A stretch of 64,000 nt of DNA, taken from the IMG/VR virus record IMGVR_UViG_3300023184_000083, positions 1 through 64,000 of that record; one strand, written 5' to 3'. The translations under genes and the position numbers were made by a program. The notes below the pieces were generated by a model that saw only the letters and a program-made list of their open reading frames with translations, was not told the origin of the DNA and did no database searches. Numbering within the stretch: position 1 is the stretch's first letter; the number at the start of each line of letters is the position of its first letter. Shown piece after piece: positions 41,287 to 50,169 of this stretch. Origin of the DNA: a virus.

Positions 41287-43203
41287 ATGATTCATCTCTA
41301 TCTGTCGGACGACCACCTTGTGTTTGACTTCCCGTATGACGCAGAGCAGGTTGCAGAGATAAAGCGCATCAAAGGGGCTAAATGGGACAAGGTTGCCCGA
41401 GTTTGGCGCTTGCCCATCACGGCGTTGGAGGAGAGTCGGGGCTTCGCCGGCCGCCACAACTTCGTCATCTCCTCAGAAGTCATGCTTTTTACGCTGCCCA
41501 AGCACAACAACTCCGAAACCAACGGCGTATATATCAAGGGCGATTGGGTATATCTTGCTTTTGACTACGACCCAGTACGTGTTCGTTCAGTAAAACAAAT
41601 TGCTGGCATCACTTGGCATGCGAAGACCAAGGCGTGGAGAGCCCCGATGGCGAGCATCTCCGAGGTAGTGGGTTGGGCAACCACCTTCAAGCAGCCTATT
41701 GAAAGCAATGTTACTGACATGCTCAACCAAATAGAGAGTTCTCTTACAGAACTAAAGGACGCATCACGAATGGTTGATGCTGAACTTGAAGTGGCGGGAC
41801 TACCGCTGCTGCCGTACCAGAGGGCTGGAGTTGCATACGCATCTAACGCACGGCGCACATTCATTGCCGATGAAATGGGATTGGGGAAAACTCTACAGGC
41901 GATTGCGACACTGGAGTATGTTTATGATTCCTACCCAGCAGTTGTCGTGTGTCCTGCAACGCTCGTTCTTAACTGGAAAGCCGAATACAACAGGTGGCTT
42001 CCTTCTCGCAAGGTCGCAGTAGTAACTGACCGCAAGGAATTTCCGACAGAATATGATGTAGTTGTTATAAGTTATTCTAACCTTAATCACTGGGAAAAGC
42101 AACTTCTAAATCACCAATCTTATGTTTTTGATGAAAGTCATTACTGCAAGACCCCAACAGCACAGCGAACGAAGTCAGCCGTGAAGATTGCACGGACAGC
42201 CCCGGCGGCGGGAATTGTCTTGTGTTTGACGGGGACACCAGTAACCAACCGACCAGCAGAATATGCAAGCCAACTTAGAATCATTGGTCAGTTAGACAAG
42301 TTCGGTGGGGAGTGGGGTTTCTACAGGAGATACTGCGCTGCGTTCAAAGACAAATGGGGACAATGGCATCTTGAGGGTCACTCTCATCTTGATGAACTCA
42401 ACGAACGACTGCGTTCTACTTGTTACATCAGGCGTACAAAAGAGCAGGTTCTTACTGATTTGCCACCCGTGATGCACGACCCCATCGTCGTTGACGGGAC
42501 TGCTGCCGGCCTACGTGAGTACAAAAAGGCAGAAGATGACATTGTTGAATACTTGGTACAGCGCGCTAAAGAGATTGCGTTGGAACTTGGTAAGTCTCCT
42601 AACTCGGCAGCGGTCGTAGCGAGAATCAAAGCCGAATCAAATCAACACCTCGTTCGTCTCTCAGTTTTGCGTCGCTTGTCAGCAAAAGCGAAGATGCCAG
42701 CAATTATTGACTGGGTAGAGTCCCGTGTGGCGGAGGGCCGCAAAGTCGTAATCGCCGCTCACCACAGAGATGTAGTTGATGAGTTAGCCAAGAAGTTCGG
42801 CAACTTGCGAATCCAAGGCGGCATGGACATTGAGGAGATTGAGAAGCAGAAGAACCTGTTCATGACTTTGCCGGCCGCAGAGGCCCCGTGCATCGTGCTG
42901 AGCATCCAAGCAGCCAAGACTGGTCACAACCTTCAGGTGGCTCAGGATGTGCTGTTCGTGGAACTCCCATGGACGCCTGCTGATGTAGACCAGACTTACA
43001 GTAGATGTCATAGATTGGGGCAGAAGTCGTCAGTCACGGCTACATACATGTTATGTGCTGGAACGATTGATGAAGAAATCTACTCGCTGATTGAACGTAA
43101 GCGGGGCGTAGTAAACCAAGCAGTTGATGGTGTTGCATACACAGAGTCAGATGCTGTGTCTGACTTGGTTATGAGTAGATTGTTTAAGGAAATTAACGAT
43201 TAA
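41287..43203 (+). CDS. SNF2-family helicase with two N-terminal HARP-like domains (annealing-helicase type)
   Basis: ADEMGLGKT, DESH, LTGTP, RCHRLGQ. Repeated F.YD......K.I.G..W....K.W. Confidence 0.9.
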   Translation: MIHLYLSDDHLVFDFPYDAEQVAEIKRIKGAKWDKVARVWRLPITALEESRGFAGRHNFVISSEVMLFTLPKHNNSETNGVYIKGDWVYLAFDYDPVRVRSVKQIAGITWHAKTKAWRAPMASISEVVGWATTFKQPIESNVTDMLNQIESSLTELKDASRMVDAELEVAGLPLLPYQRAGVAYASNARRTFIADEMGLGKTLQAIATLEYVYDSYPAVVVCPATLVLNWKAEYNRWLPSRKVAVVTDRKEFPTEYDVVVISYSNLNHWEKQLLNHQSYVFDESHYCKTPTAQRTKSAVKIARTAPAAGIVLCLTGTPVTNRPAEYASQLRIIGQLDKFGGEWGFYRRYCAAFKDKWGQWHLEGHSHLDELNERLRSTCYIRRTKEQVLTDLPPVMHDPIVVDGTAAGLREYKKAEDDIVEYLVQRAKEIALELGKSPNSAAVVARIKAESNQHLVRLSVLRRLSAKAKMPAIIDWVESRVAEGRKVVIAAHHRDVVDELAKKFGNLRIQGGMDIEEIEKQKNLFMTLPAAEAPCIVLSIQAAKTGHNLQVAQDVLFVELPWTPADVDQTYSRCHRLGQKSSVTATYMLCAGTIDEEIYSLIERKRGVVNQAVDGVAYTESDAVSDLVMSRLFKEIND

Positions 43204-43308
43204 GGAATTCCTTTCCGCCACCGTTGCCACTTCAGGAAAAACTATTCTGGGGTTCTCCTCCGGGGCTTTTGCTTTTAATATTTAATTTAATGCTTTTATA
43301 CCCTAAAG

Positions 43309-43342
43309 CGAACATACGTTCTGTTGATAAATCTGTGGATAA
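43309..43342. promoter_or_regulatory. LexA (SOS) box followed by two DnaA boxes
   Basis: CGAAC-ATAC-GTTCT 43309-22. TGTTGATAA 43322-30. TGTGGATAA 43334-42. Confidence 0.65.
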
Positions 43343-43393
43343 TTTTTTTGAATAAAGGTTGCAATTACCCTTAATAACAGATAACTTGAAGGT

Positions 43394-43597
43394 ATGAAAG
43401 AAGCAGTAAAGCAAGTAGTCCAAGCCGCAGAAGCCCTTACTCAGGCACTCAAGGCGCTAAACCCCGAAGGGGCTCTCCCTTCCTACTGGAACCCACACCC
43501 AACGGGCTGGTCGGACACGGCGCTCCCTTGGTCGGACACGCTGGTCTCCAACGCTCTCCACTACGCATCAGCGCTCACAACGGAAGAGGAAGAGTGA
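43394..43597 (+). CDS. Hypothetical protein
   Basis: Motif A abuts the ATG. Confidence 0.65.
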   Translation: MKEAVKQVVQAAEALTQALKALNPEGALPSYWNPHPTGWSDTALPWSDTLVSNALHYASALTTEEEE

Positions 43598-43679
43598 CGG
43601 CGGTCTAGTGCCGAGAGTTGCAATAAGTGACGGGTGCGGTGCTATGCTCGTTAGATAGATTTAACCGAGAGGCAAAGAT

Positions 43680-44705
43680 ATGGCACACGAACTTGAGATG
43701 ACCAGCAGCGGGGCTGCAAAGATAGCATATGCAGACCGAGAGGTTCCTTGGCACAGACTGGGGAAGCCGATGAAAGGCTTGCAGACAGCAGAGGCGATGC
43801 TAGAAGCCGCCGAAGCCGACTTTGATGTTGTGCTCACAAAGGTTGCATCAGTAGACGAAAATGGGAACTTCATTCGGAACCCAGATGGTAGTCCCGTCAT
43901 TGTTGAAGACAGCCGTGCAACGGTCAGGGTTAATCAAGATGGAACGTTTGATGGTTTAGCCACAGTTGGAACACGTTTCGTTGTTCAGCAAAACAAGGAG
44001 TGTTTAGAGCGAGCATTGTCTATCGTTGGCGCATCCAAGGGCGATGCTCTCGTAGACACTTGCGGTGTACTCAACGGCGGTCGTGAGTTCTTCGCCTGCC
44101 TTGACCTCGGTGCTTTGGTTATTGACCCCAAGGGTGTGAACGACAAGATTGAGCGATACATCCTCGTTCGCAACGGTCATGACGGCAAGACAGCAATCAC
44201 CTACGCAAACACGTCTATCCGTGCCGTTTGCAAGAACACCGTTATCTCCGGTCTCGGGGCCTCGTCACGTGTGTTCACAGCCAGACACACTCGTAATGCC
44301 GAATCAGCACTGGAAGACGCACACACGGTATTAAACATCTCCGTTGAATGGGCTTTAGAGTTTCAAAAAATGGCAGAGCAGATGCTTTCTATTCCCGTAT
44401 TGACAGGTTCACCACAACTTGATAAACTGATTTTCGGGATATTCCCCGAGAAGCCAAGCGAGACAGAACGTCAACGCAAGAACCGAGAAGAAGTACACCT
44501 TGCAGTTCGTGGCTTGTTCCTCAGCAATAAAAATGCTGGTGGTTACGGGTTTAACGGTTGGTCGGCATACAATGCAGTTGGTGAATACCTTGACCACTAC
44601 CGAGAAGCCCCGGTTAAAGATAGAGCAATGTCTTCAATGGACCTCAACTCGTGGGTGTCAAAGAAGAAGTTGGAAGCGCAAAGCCGTATCCTTGCGCTCG
44701 CATAA
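43680..44705 (+). CDS. DUF932-family protein
   Basis: MAHE...PWH.LG...VG.RF..QN...NGHDG...IRAVC.NT...RHT...W.AYNAV.EY.DH. Confidence 0.88.
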   Translation: MAHELEMTSSGAAKIAYADREVPWHRLGKPMKGLQTAEAMLEAAEADFDVVLTKVASVDENGNFIRNPDGSPVIVEDSRATVRVNQDGTFDGLATVGTRFVVQQNKECLERALSIVGASKGDALVDTCGVLNGGREFFACLDLGALVIDPKGVNDKIERYILVRNGHDGKTAITYANTSIRAVCKNTVISGLGASSRVFTARHTRNAESALEDAHTVLNISVEWALEFQKMAEQMLSIPVLTGSPQLDKLIFGIFPEKPSETERQRKNREEVHLAVRGLFLSNKNAGGYGFNGWSAYNAVGEYLDHYREAPVKDRAMSSMDLNSWVSKKKLEAQSRILALA

Positions 44706-44749
44706 CGGGCTCAAGTGGGACAATGGTATTGTCCTAGTAAGGAGGGGTT

Positions 44750-45178
44750 ATGGAACCCGATGATGAAGATTTTTTCTTTGGATTAGAAAATAACGTTCCA
44801 CCCGAAGTGTTGGCTGAGTTTATTAGCACCTTCATGAGTTCGGCATCCCTCGCTGAAGGGCTTTACCGCAGGGCGTTTTGCGATGTTGTTGCTGGTCGCA
44901 TTTACCACGACTTTGGTGCAGAAGGTCTTTGTGACCTGATGATTTCACTGGATAAACGGGGCTCGTGGATTTCAGACATTCTGTTTGAGTCGCCAGACCT
45001 AGAGGACATTGCCTTCAATAAGTACGGCGTATACGATGACGACATCACCATTAAGGCACGCAATACAAAAGCAATGCAAGAGATGAACGTCAAGATGTGG
45101 CGGTTACGTAAGAAGTATGCCAAGTTGATTGTTGATGAAATCATTGCCGGCGAATCTGGAGTCCCGAAGCCGCAATGA
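44750..45178 (+). CDS. Hypothetical protein
   Basis: SD AAGGAGG. Confidence 0.7.
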   Translation: MEPDDEDFFFGLENNVPPEVLAEFISTFMSSASLAEGLYRRAFCDVVAGRIYHDFGAEGLCDLMISLDKRGSWISDILFESPDLEDIAFNKYGVYDDDITIKARNTKAMQEMNVKMWRLRKKYAKLIVDEIIAGESGVPKPQ

Positions 45179-45459
45179 GCATTCGCTGGTGGATACATCA
45201 AGATTGGGTTCCCCCATTTAGCAAGCGGGTGGAAGAGGAGATGAAGAACTTCCTCAGTCACGAGTGGGAGAAGCGGTACATAACCAGCAACCCAAAGGCT
45301 ACTTTTGTCCCTTTCTACACAGCCTGCAAGAACTGCACCGCCGTTACTAGCGATGAGTCCCAGAAGTATCCGTGCGGGACTATCCCGCCAAAGGTTTCTT
45401 ACTCGGAGTACGCCTCACGAATGAAAGAACTTGGCAGAGAGTCAGAACTCCCCAAATAG
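45175..45459 (+). CDS. Hypothetical protein sharing C..C...YPCG..PP with 40088..40264
   Basis: Motif similarity. Terminator at 45463-45488. Confidence 0.6.
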   Translation: MSIRWWIHQDWVPPFSKRVEEEMKNFLSHEWEKRYITSNPKATFVPFYTACKNCTAVTSDESQKYPCGTIPPKVSYSEYASRMKELGRESELPK

Positions 45460-45497
45460 AAAAGCCAGCCCCCATTACGAGGCTGGCTCCCTATCGG

Positions 45498-45704
45498 TTA
45501 GACCGTTTGTAGTGGGATATGTACTGGAAGTCCCCATGTCTCGCACCAAATGTTTGCGAGGTTTTGAGCCTGAGTCTCGTCTAGGCAGGGGATTGTGTAG
45601 GTGAAGGAGTCTGATGCGTCTCCCGTGGGGGATGATACCCACACTTCTACTTGCTGTCCAATCGCTTGAACATGTACTGGTGTGCCTTTATATGCTGTTT
45701 TCAT
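45498..45704 (-). CDS. Hypothetical protein
   Basis: Motif A abuts the ATG. Confidence 0.7.
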   Translation of the reverse strand: MKTAYKGTPVHVQAIGQQVEVWVSSPTGDASDSFTYTIPCLDETQAQNLANIWCETWGLPVHIPLQTV

Positions 45705-45741
45705 ATCTTCAATCTATCCCTTATTAAGGGTAATTGCAACC

Positions 45742-46086
45742 TTATACAAGAGGATATTTTCGCCAACCGATGGGCATTCCATCCTCATCATCGGGCGCAT
45801 CATCGTCCCAGAAGGGAATCTCTCCAAGAAGTCCCGCTGCACGTGCAATATCTCCAAAGTTGGTGGAGCGATTTTCGTTAGTAAGCAAGTCTTCTAGGTT
45901 CTGCATCCAAGATGCTGCCCAAAACTCCTGCGAGTGAAACTTCATAGCGATAGGGAGTAGTTCACGCAGGCTCGCACGGAGTTGTCCAATTTGTTCTTCC
46001 TGATGGTGACTGTGTTGAATCCACCATTTTAGAGCCTTGCGTTGCTCTGCTGATTTTTCTGCTGGTGGCAGGTCAGGCATTTCCAT
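45742..46086 (-). CDS. Hypothetical protein
   Basis: 114-aa ORF with SD GGAG. Confidence 0.6.
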   Translation of the reverse strand: MEMPDLPPAEKSAEQRKALKWWIQHSHHQEEQIGQLRASLRELLPIAMKFHSQEFWAASWMQNLEDLLTNENRSTNFGDIARAAGLLGEIPFWDDDAPDDEDGMPIGWRKYPLV

Positions 46087-46366
46087 TATTTACTCCGTAG
46101 TATTTGTCGTGGTTTGTCATGAGTGTTTCCATGGTCTCTTTGCAAACGGGGCATCTCGGCGGCCGCCAGTCCAATGCGTGTGATGGCACTTCTCCGCACT
46201 GGCAGGAAAGTATTACTTCAACACCCCATGTGTCAGCAAGAGACTTGCGACTCACTTACGCTTCTTTTTAATTACATAGCCATTTGCTTTGAGGTCTTTG
46301 ATAATCATTTCAGGCATGCCGTGCCATAAAGGGATACCGCAACGAGTCAGTGAGCGAGCAATAATG

Positions 46367-46597
46367 TCAAGTTTTTTCTTTGAATGTAGAATCATTACGC
46401 CATTGTATTCCATTTTTTGCGTGAACACAACCGTAAGCAAGTGCTCCGAAGATGAATCCATACTGCTTGGTGACGATTGCGTAGACCATCCACAAGCACT
46501 CGTTAGTGAAAGCAATGCCCCAAGCCCACCAGTGCTTCTTTCCGACAAGCCAGAGTCCCGTGACACCCAGACCACTAAGTAGCCACGACCACCACAT
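46367..46597 (-). CDS. PnuC-like small membrane protein
   Basis: W.W.LS..G..GL...G.K..W.W......LW..YA....QYGF. Confidence 0.6.
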   Translation of the reverse strand: MWWSWLLSGLGVTGLWLVGKKHWWAWGIAFTNECLWMVYAIVTKQYGFIFGALAYGCVHAKNGIQWRNDSTFKEKT

Positions 46598-47298
46598 CAA
46601 GGGCAGACTTTGCCGTTTACTACCCACGCTTCGTAGGTGATTGGCATTATTTCAGCAAAAACATTCTCAATCTCATGGACATACTGACGGATGTCGTACT
46701 GAGCAGAGTTATCCGTACGCAGAGACAGAAAGTTCAGTAGCGACCTCGCATTGACTGTCCAGTAAAACTCGGTGTACATGCCGACAGGGAGCACTGTTCT
46801 AGCCAGTTCTTTTGCTACGCCCATCTGAAGCAGGGATAGATAAGAGGCATAAGCATGCTCGTTGGCATCTTTAATGACCTTGATAGCCGACTCAGCCAAC
46901 TCAGAATCAGTTTCATACATAGGTTCAAAGGAGTAAGAACCAGGCTTGCCAATCTGTGTTCGGACATCTTTGTACTCTGGAACAAAAAACGTATTCGGGG
47001 CCTCTGAATAACGTGCGGAGAATTCGTTGAAGGAGCCGATGCGGTGACGAAACCATTCACGGGCTACAAAGATTGGACACTTCACATGAAAGCGAAAGGC
47101 GTTGTGCTCAAACGGAGTTCCATGACGCTCACGCATCAAGAAGTTAATTAGGCCGATACCTGACTCGTCAAGTTCCTCAGATTTTTTACCAAAGGACACC
47201 CGTGCAGAGTTGACCACGGAAAGGTCGTCTGCTAAACAGCCGTCAAGCCTAATAAAACCATTACCAATATCTGCGTAGAAATGTTCGTAACTCTTCAT
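46597..47298 (-). CDS. thyX: Flavin-dependent thymidylate synthase
   Basis: H.TPFEH, RHRIGSFNEFSARY, ELAR.VLP. Start ATG 47298 lies 6 nt after TATGCT. Confidence 0.95.
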   Translation of the reverse strand: MKSYEHFYADIGNGFIRLDGCLADDLSVVNSARVSFGKKSEELDESGIGLINFLMRERHGTPFEHNAFRFHVKCPIFVAREWFRHRIGSFNEFSARYSEAPNTFFVPEYKDVRTQIGKPGSYSFEPMYETDSELAESAIKVIKDANEHAYASYLSLLQMGVAKELARTVLPVGMYTEFYWTVNARSLLNFLSLRTDNSAQYDIRQYVHEIENVFAEIMPITYEAWVVNGKVCP

Positions 47299-47317
47299 GA
47301 GAAGAGCATAGCGAATA

Positions 47318-48379
47318 TCAGCCTTTCCCGCTAGAGGTACTCCAGTTTTTAATGCCATCATCCGTGTTATCCATAAGGTATTTAGCGACCTTCAGGTTGC
47401 AGTTAACATTGAGTAGAGCAGTCATATCGCCGTACTTTGACTTGCACACATCTGATGTGACTGCCTTCCAAGAACTATTGATTTGTACCAGCCCATAGTC
47501 TCGTGAACCATTGGCGTTCGGCTTTGACACAATCTTTTCGTTGCAGCGGGACTCTCTCCATGCGATGTAAGAAAACTGCTCAACAGGAAGCCCATAAAAG
47601 CGAAACTTTGGTTCCCACTTGGAGCATCGCTTTGATTTGTCGCTTGGCACACCCGTGAGATATGATGGAAGCATCGGAACATTTGCTGTGTGAATGTTGT
47701 GCTTCTTTAGATAAGCAAGATGTGCTCCTCGTGTTTTCATCCCGTAATGACCGTCAGATGTTATTCGGAGATACTTTTGCAAGTCGCCCACCATGACACT
47801 CTTCTCATTGAAAGAGTAAGGCATGTCAAGAATCAGAGCAGGGTTGTAGTAGTAGGTATTGGGTCTGCCACCAGCGCAATGCAATGCTCCCCATCCATTG
47901 AAACCAACTGGGTCTTTTTTGTGTAAGTAGGTTGCAGGCACTCCGTGGATTCTGGCCCATTCGGGGTCCCGGGTTATCGTCGTTGAATAACCAAGCGTTG
48001 ACACACGCTGAGCAACTATGATTTGTTCTTCCTTGGTTGCTTTGTCAGGAGTAGGAGCAAACTCTTTTCCTCCCCAGTTTTCCCAAGTACCTTGATAGAT
48101 GCCTAAACCACCTGCAAACTTGCCACCGTTTTGCCAGTTGCTATTTGTTTCACACCTAGCGAGTTTGTCCCAGAAGATTCCGAACGCACGGGGCTTGTCA
48201 GTCCGGGGGAGATTGTTTTTGTCAGCAAGAGTTGGAACCGTCTTGGCTTCTTGTGCGGGTGCAACTGAAGCAGGCACCTCGGGCGATGCTTTACTTTTGC
48301 TCACCCCCAACAACATGAATATTGTTAGTAATGGCAATAAAGATAAAGCGGTAGCCCGAAGGCGCAAGTGGTTTCTCAA
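47318..48379 (-). CDS. Secreted dual muralytic enzyme: Rpf-like transglycosylase, peptidoglycan-binding-like linker and SLT/lysozyme-like domain
   Basis: Signal peptide. WDKLARCE...GGL....TW...A...EQI.VA. LQ..L....DG.YG..T. IAWRESR...DYGLVQIN. Confidence 0.85.
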   Translation of the reverse strand: MRNHLRLRATALSLLPLLTIFMLLGVSKSKASPEVPASVAPAQEAKTVPTLADKNNLPRTDKPRAFGIFWDKLARCETNSNWQNGGKFAGGLGIYQGTWENWGGKEFAPTPDKATKEEQIIVAQRVSTLGYSTTITRDPEWARIHGVPATYLHKKDPVGFNGWGALHCAGGRPNTYYYNPALILDMPYSFNEKSVMVGDLQKYLRITSDGHYGMKTRGAHLAYLKKHNIHTANVPMLPSYLTGVPSDKSKRCSKWEPKFRFYGLPVEQFSYIAWRESRCNEKIVSKPNANGSRDYGLVQINSSWKAVTSDVCKSKYGDMTALLNVNCNLKVAKYLMDNTDDGIKNWSTSSGKG

Positions 48380-48467
48380 GGGTGACTCCTGTGTTAGGCG
48401 GATAGGTCAACAGGCTTAGTAGTAGCGCCTGCCTATGTCATAACAGTTGTTTTAACTGGGTAATACA

Positions 48468-48495
48468 AGTTTATCAAACGGTCACTCGTTGTCAA
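48468..48495 (-). promoter_or_regulatory. SigA-type promoter of the Rpf gene
   Basis: TTGACA-16 nt-TAAACT on the minus strand. Confidence 0.6.
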
Positions 48496-48574
48496 CCACT
48501 TGGAAATGCTTGGTACATAAGGGGTTTATGAAAGCACCTCGGGAAACCCTTGTGCGGTAAGGGTTTAAAAACGG

Positions 48575-48826
48575 CTATTCGCCAATAATTTTATCCATAT
48601 ATTCATTGATGTCTGCAAGGCGCAATGTAGCCGTGATTAGCCCATTTTCATCAGTATTAAGTACGTTCAGGTCTAAACATCCGAGGAGATGCATAGCCAT
48701 GACCTTAAAGTCTCCAATAAGTTCTTCGTCAGGAATACCTTTAACATCGTCAGGGTCGGTCATGTTGAGCAACATCTCCGCCATGTGATTGATGATTCCG
48801 ATGCGTGTTTCAAATGTGTCAGCCAT
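48575..48826 (-). CDS. Hypothetical protein
   Basis: TAGATT lies 7 nt before ATG 48826. Confidence 0.6.
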   Translation of the reverse strand: MADTFETRIGIINHMAEMLLNMTDPDDVKGIPDEELIGDFKVMAMHLLGCLDLNVLNTDENGLITATLRLADINEYMDKIIGE

Positions 48827-48895
48827 GTGTTGCAATCTATCAGACGGGCATGTAGAGTTCAACCTCGGGAAACTAAAAGAGATAGAGGTAACTAG

Positions 48896-49333
48896 ATGTC
48901 ACAATCCCAGTCAACAATCATCGGTAACGTAACGCGGGACCCAGAACTCCAGTACACAACTGGTGGAACCGCAAAGTTGTCATTCAGCATTGCCAGCAAC
49001 TACGGCTTCAAGGATGCCGCAGGAGAATGGCAGGAGAAGGTTTCATACTTCAACGTTGTCGCATGGCGCTTTCTTGCAGAGGACACAGCCGCTGTCCTTG
49101 AAAAGGGCGTAGGAGTAATGGTCTCAGGTCGCTTGGAACAGCGTTCATGGGAGGACAAGGAAGGCGAGAAGCGCACCACTGTTGAACTCATCGCTGACTC
49201 TATTGGTATCCAAACTCGTTCAATTGAGTCATTTGCTCGTAAAGCACGCAAAGACGGAGATGCCGGTAAGTCTTCAGCCCCGAAGCGCACTGCACCAGCA
49301 GCAGCAATGGCACCCGAGGACGAGCCTTTCTGA
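48896..49333 (+). CDS. ssb: Single-stranded DNA-binding protein
   Basis: GNVTRDPEL.YT..G...V.GRL.QRSWE...EDEPF acidic tail. Confidence 0.95.
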   Translation: MSQSQSTIIGNVTRDPELQYTTGGTAKLSFSIASNYGFKDAAGEWQEKVSYFNVVAWRFLAEDTAAVLEKGVGVMVSGRLEQRSWEDKEGEKRTTVELIADSIGIQTRSIESFARKARKDGDAGKSSAPKRTAPAAAMAPEDEPF

Positions 49334-49404
49334 GCAAGCCCTAGAGGCAGTGTCCGAACATAGCCTCAAAGATAGAGAGCCCATCCCATTAGGGGTGGGC
49401 TTTT

Positions 49405-49689
49405 CTATTCCCCCTGAACCCAATCCCATGTGCCATCCATTGAAAGGATGACATCGTCAGGCTGACGACAGTCGTTAAGTGTCATGTTAGGGTTAAGTGA
49501 AGCAAAGTCATCTGCGTTCCATGTGAAGTTAAAGTTAAGGTGCACATCGCACTCGGGCTTATCACCCATCTCTGAAACTTTTATGACTCCGATTGTTAGA
49601 GCAGAGAGAATACATCCCCAAAATGCGAAGCGAACTGTAGAACGAATTGCGAAGTAGATAGGTGAGTGAGTGGTCTTTTTGTTCTTCAT
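49405..49689 (-). CDS. Small membrane-anchored protein
   Basis: Motif A before ATG 49689. One TM segment. Confidence 0.65.
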   Translation of the reverse strand: MKNKKTTHSPIYFAIRSTVRFAFWGCILSALTIGVIKVSEMGDKPECDVHLNFNFTWNADDFASLNPNMTLNDCRQPDDVILSMDGTWDWVQGE

Positions 49690-49740
49690 GTGTATCACTG
49701 TATCCGTTATTAGTAACAATTACAACATTAGGTAAGAAAA

Positions 49741-50160
49741 ATGTCAGGCTCAACAGAACATAGACGAGCGCCAAGAAGGCAGATAAAAGAGATACAAAAG
49801 GTCGGAACATGGGGAAACATTGAGTACCGCCATATTTTGTCATGTGGTCACATAGAGATTCGTCCACGTGCATCCAGAGCCCCGAAACTTGCATGTGCTT
49901 GGTGTTTGCGGGCAGAGGACAAGCAAATAGAAATGATTGCATTAGCACAACAGCCTCCACGCATTATTGACGACATAGAGTTTTCCAACGAAGAACAGGA
50001 AGTGCAGATGATTCGTGGTGCTATTGCTAAGAGACTAAATGTTTCTTCGGAAGCAGTTGATGTGGTAGTTCGTGATACTGGTGGTCGTCTAGAAATAATT
50101 AACGTCAGGGTATTTCTTTCTGCGTCTGAAGCACGTAGGATTGCGGGGCAGTCAGCCTGA
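49741..50160 (+). CDS. Hypothetical protein with a Zn-binding motif
   Basis: LSCGH...C.WC. Confidence 0.65.
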   Translation: MSGSTEHRRAPRRQIKEIQKVGTWGNIEYRHILSCGHIEIRPRASRAPKLACAWCLRAEDKQIEMIALAQQPPRIIDDIEFSNEEQEVQMIRGAIAKRLNVSSEAVDVVVRDTGGRLEIINVRVFLSASEARRIAGQSA

Positions 50161-50169
50161 GGAGGTCGC

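Larger units (their letters stand above)
21093..43240 (+). repeat. Motif B: dispersed, same-strand repeat YTTCCGCCACCGTCRCYRCTT, 10 intergenic copies
   Basis: Copies start at about 21093 (variant), 22080, 23085, 26538, 30222, 32536, 35853, 38105, 40332, 43212. Confidence 0.92.

Noticed and set aside
21093-43240. Motif B reverse complement (GCGACGGTGGCGGAA) as tRNA 5' ends or tRNA remnants
   Set aside because: It resembles an acceptor strand plus the start of a D-arm, but no copy continues into D-loop, anticodon or T-arm sequence.
25544-45742. Motif A or B repeats as a CRISPR array
   Set aside because: Copies are separated by whole genes at irregular distances. There is no 30-40-nt spacer periodicity and no cas genes.
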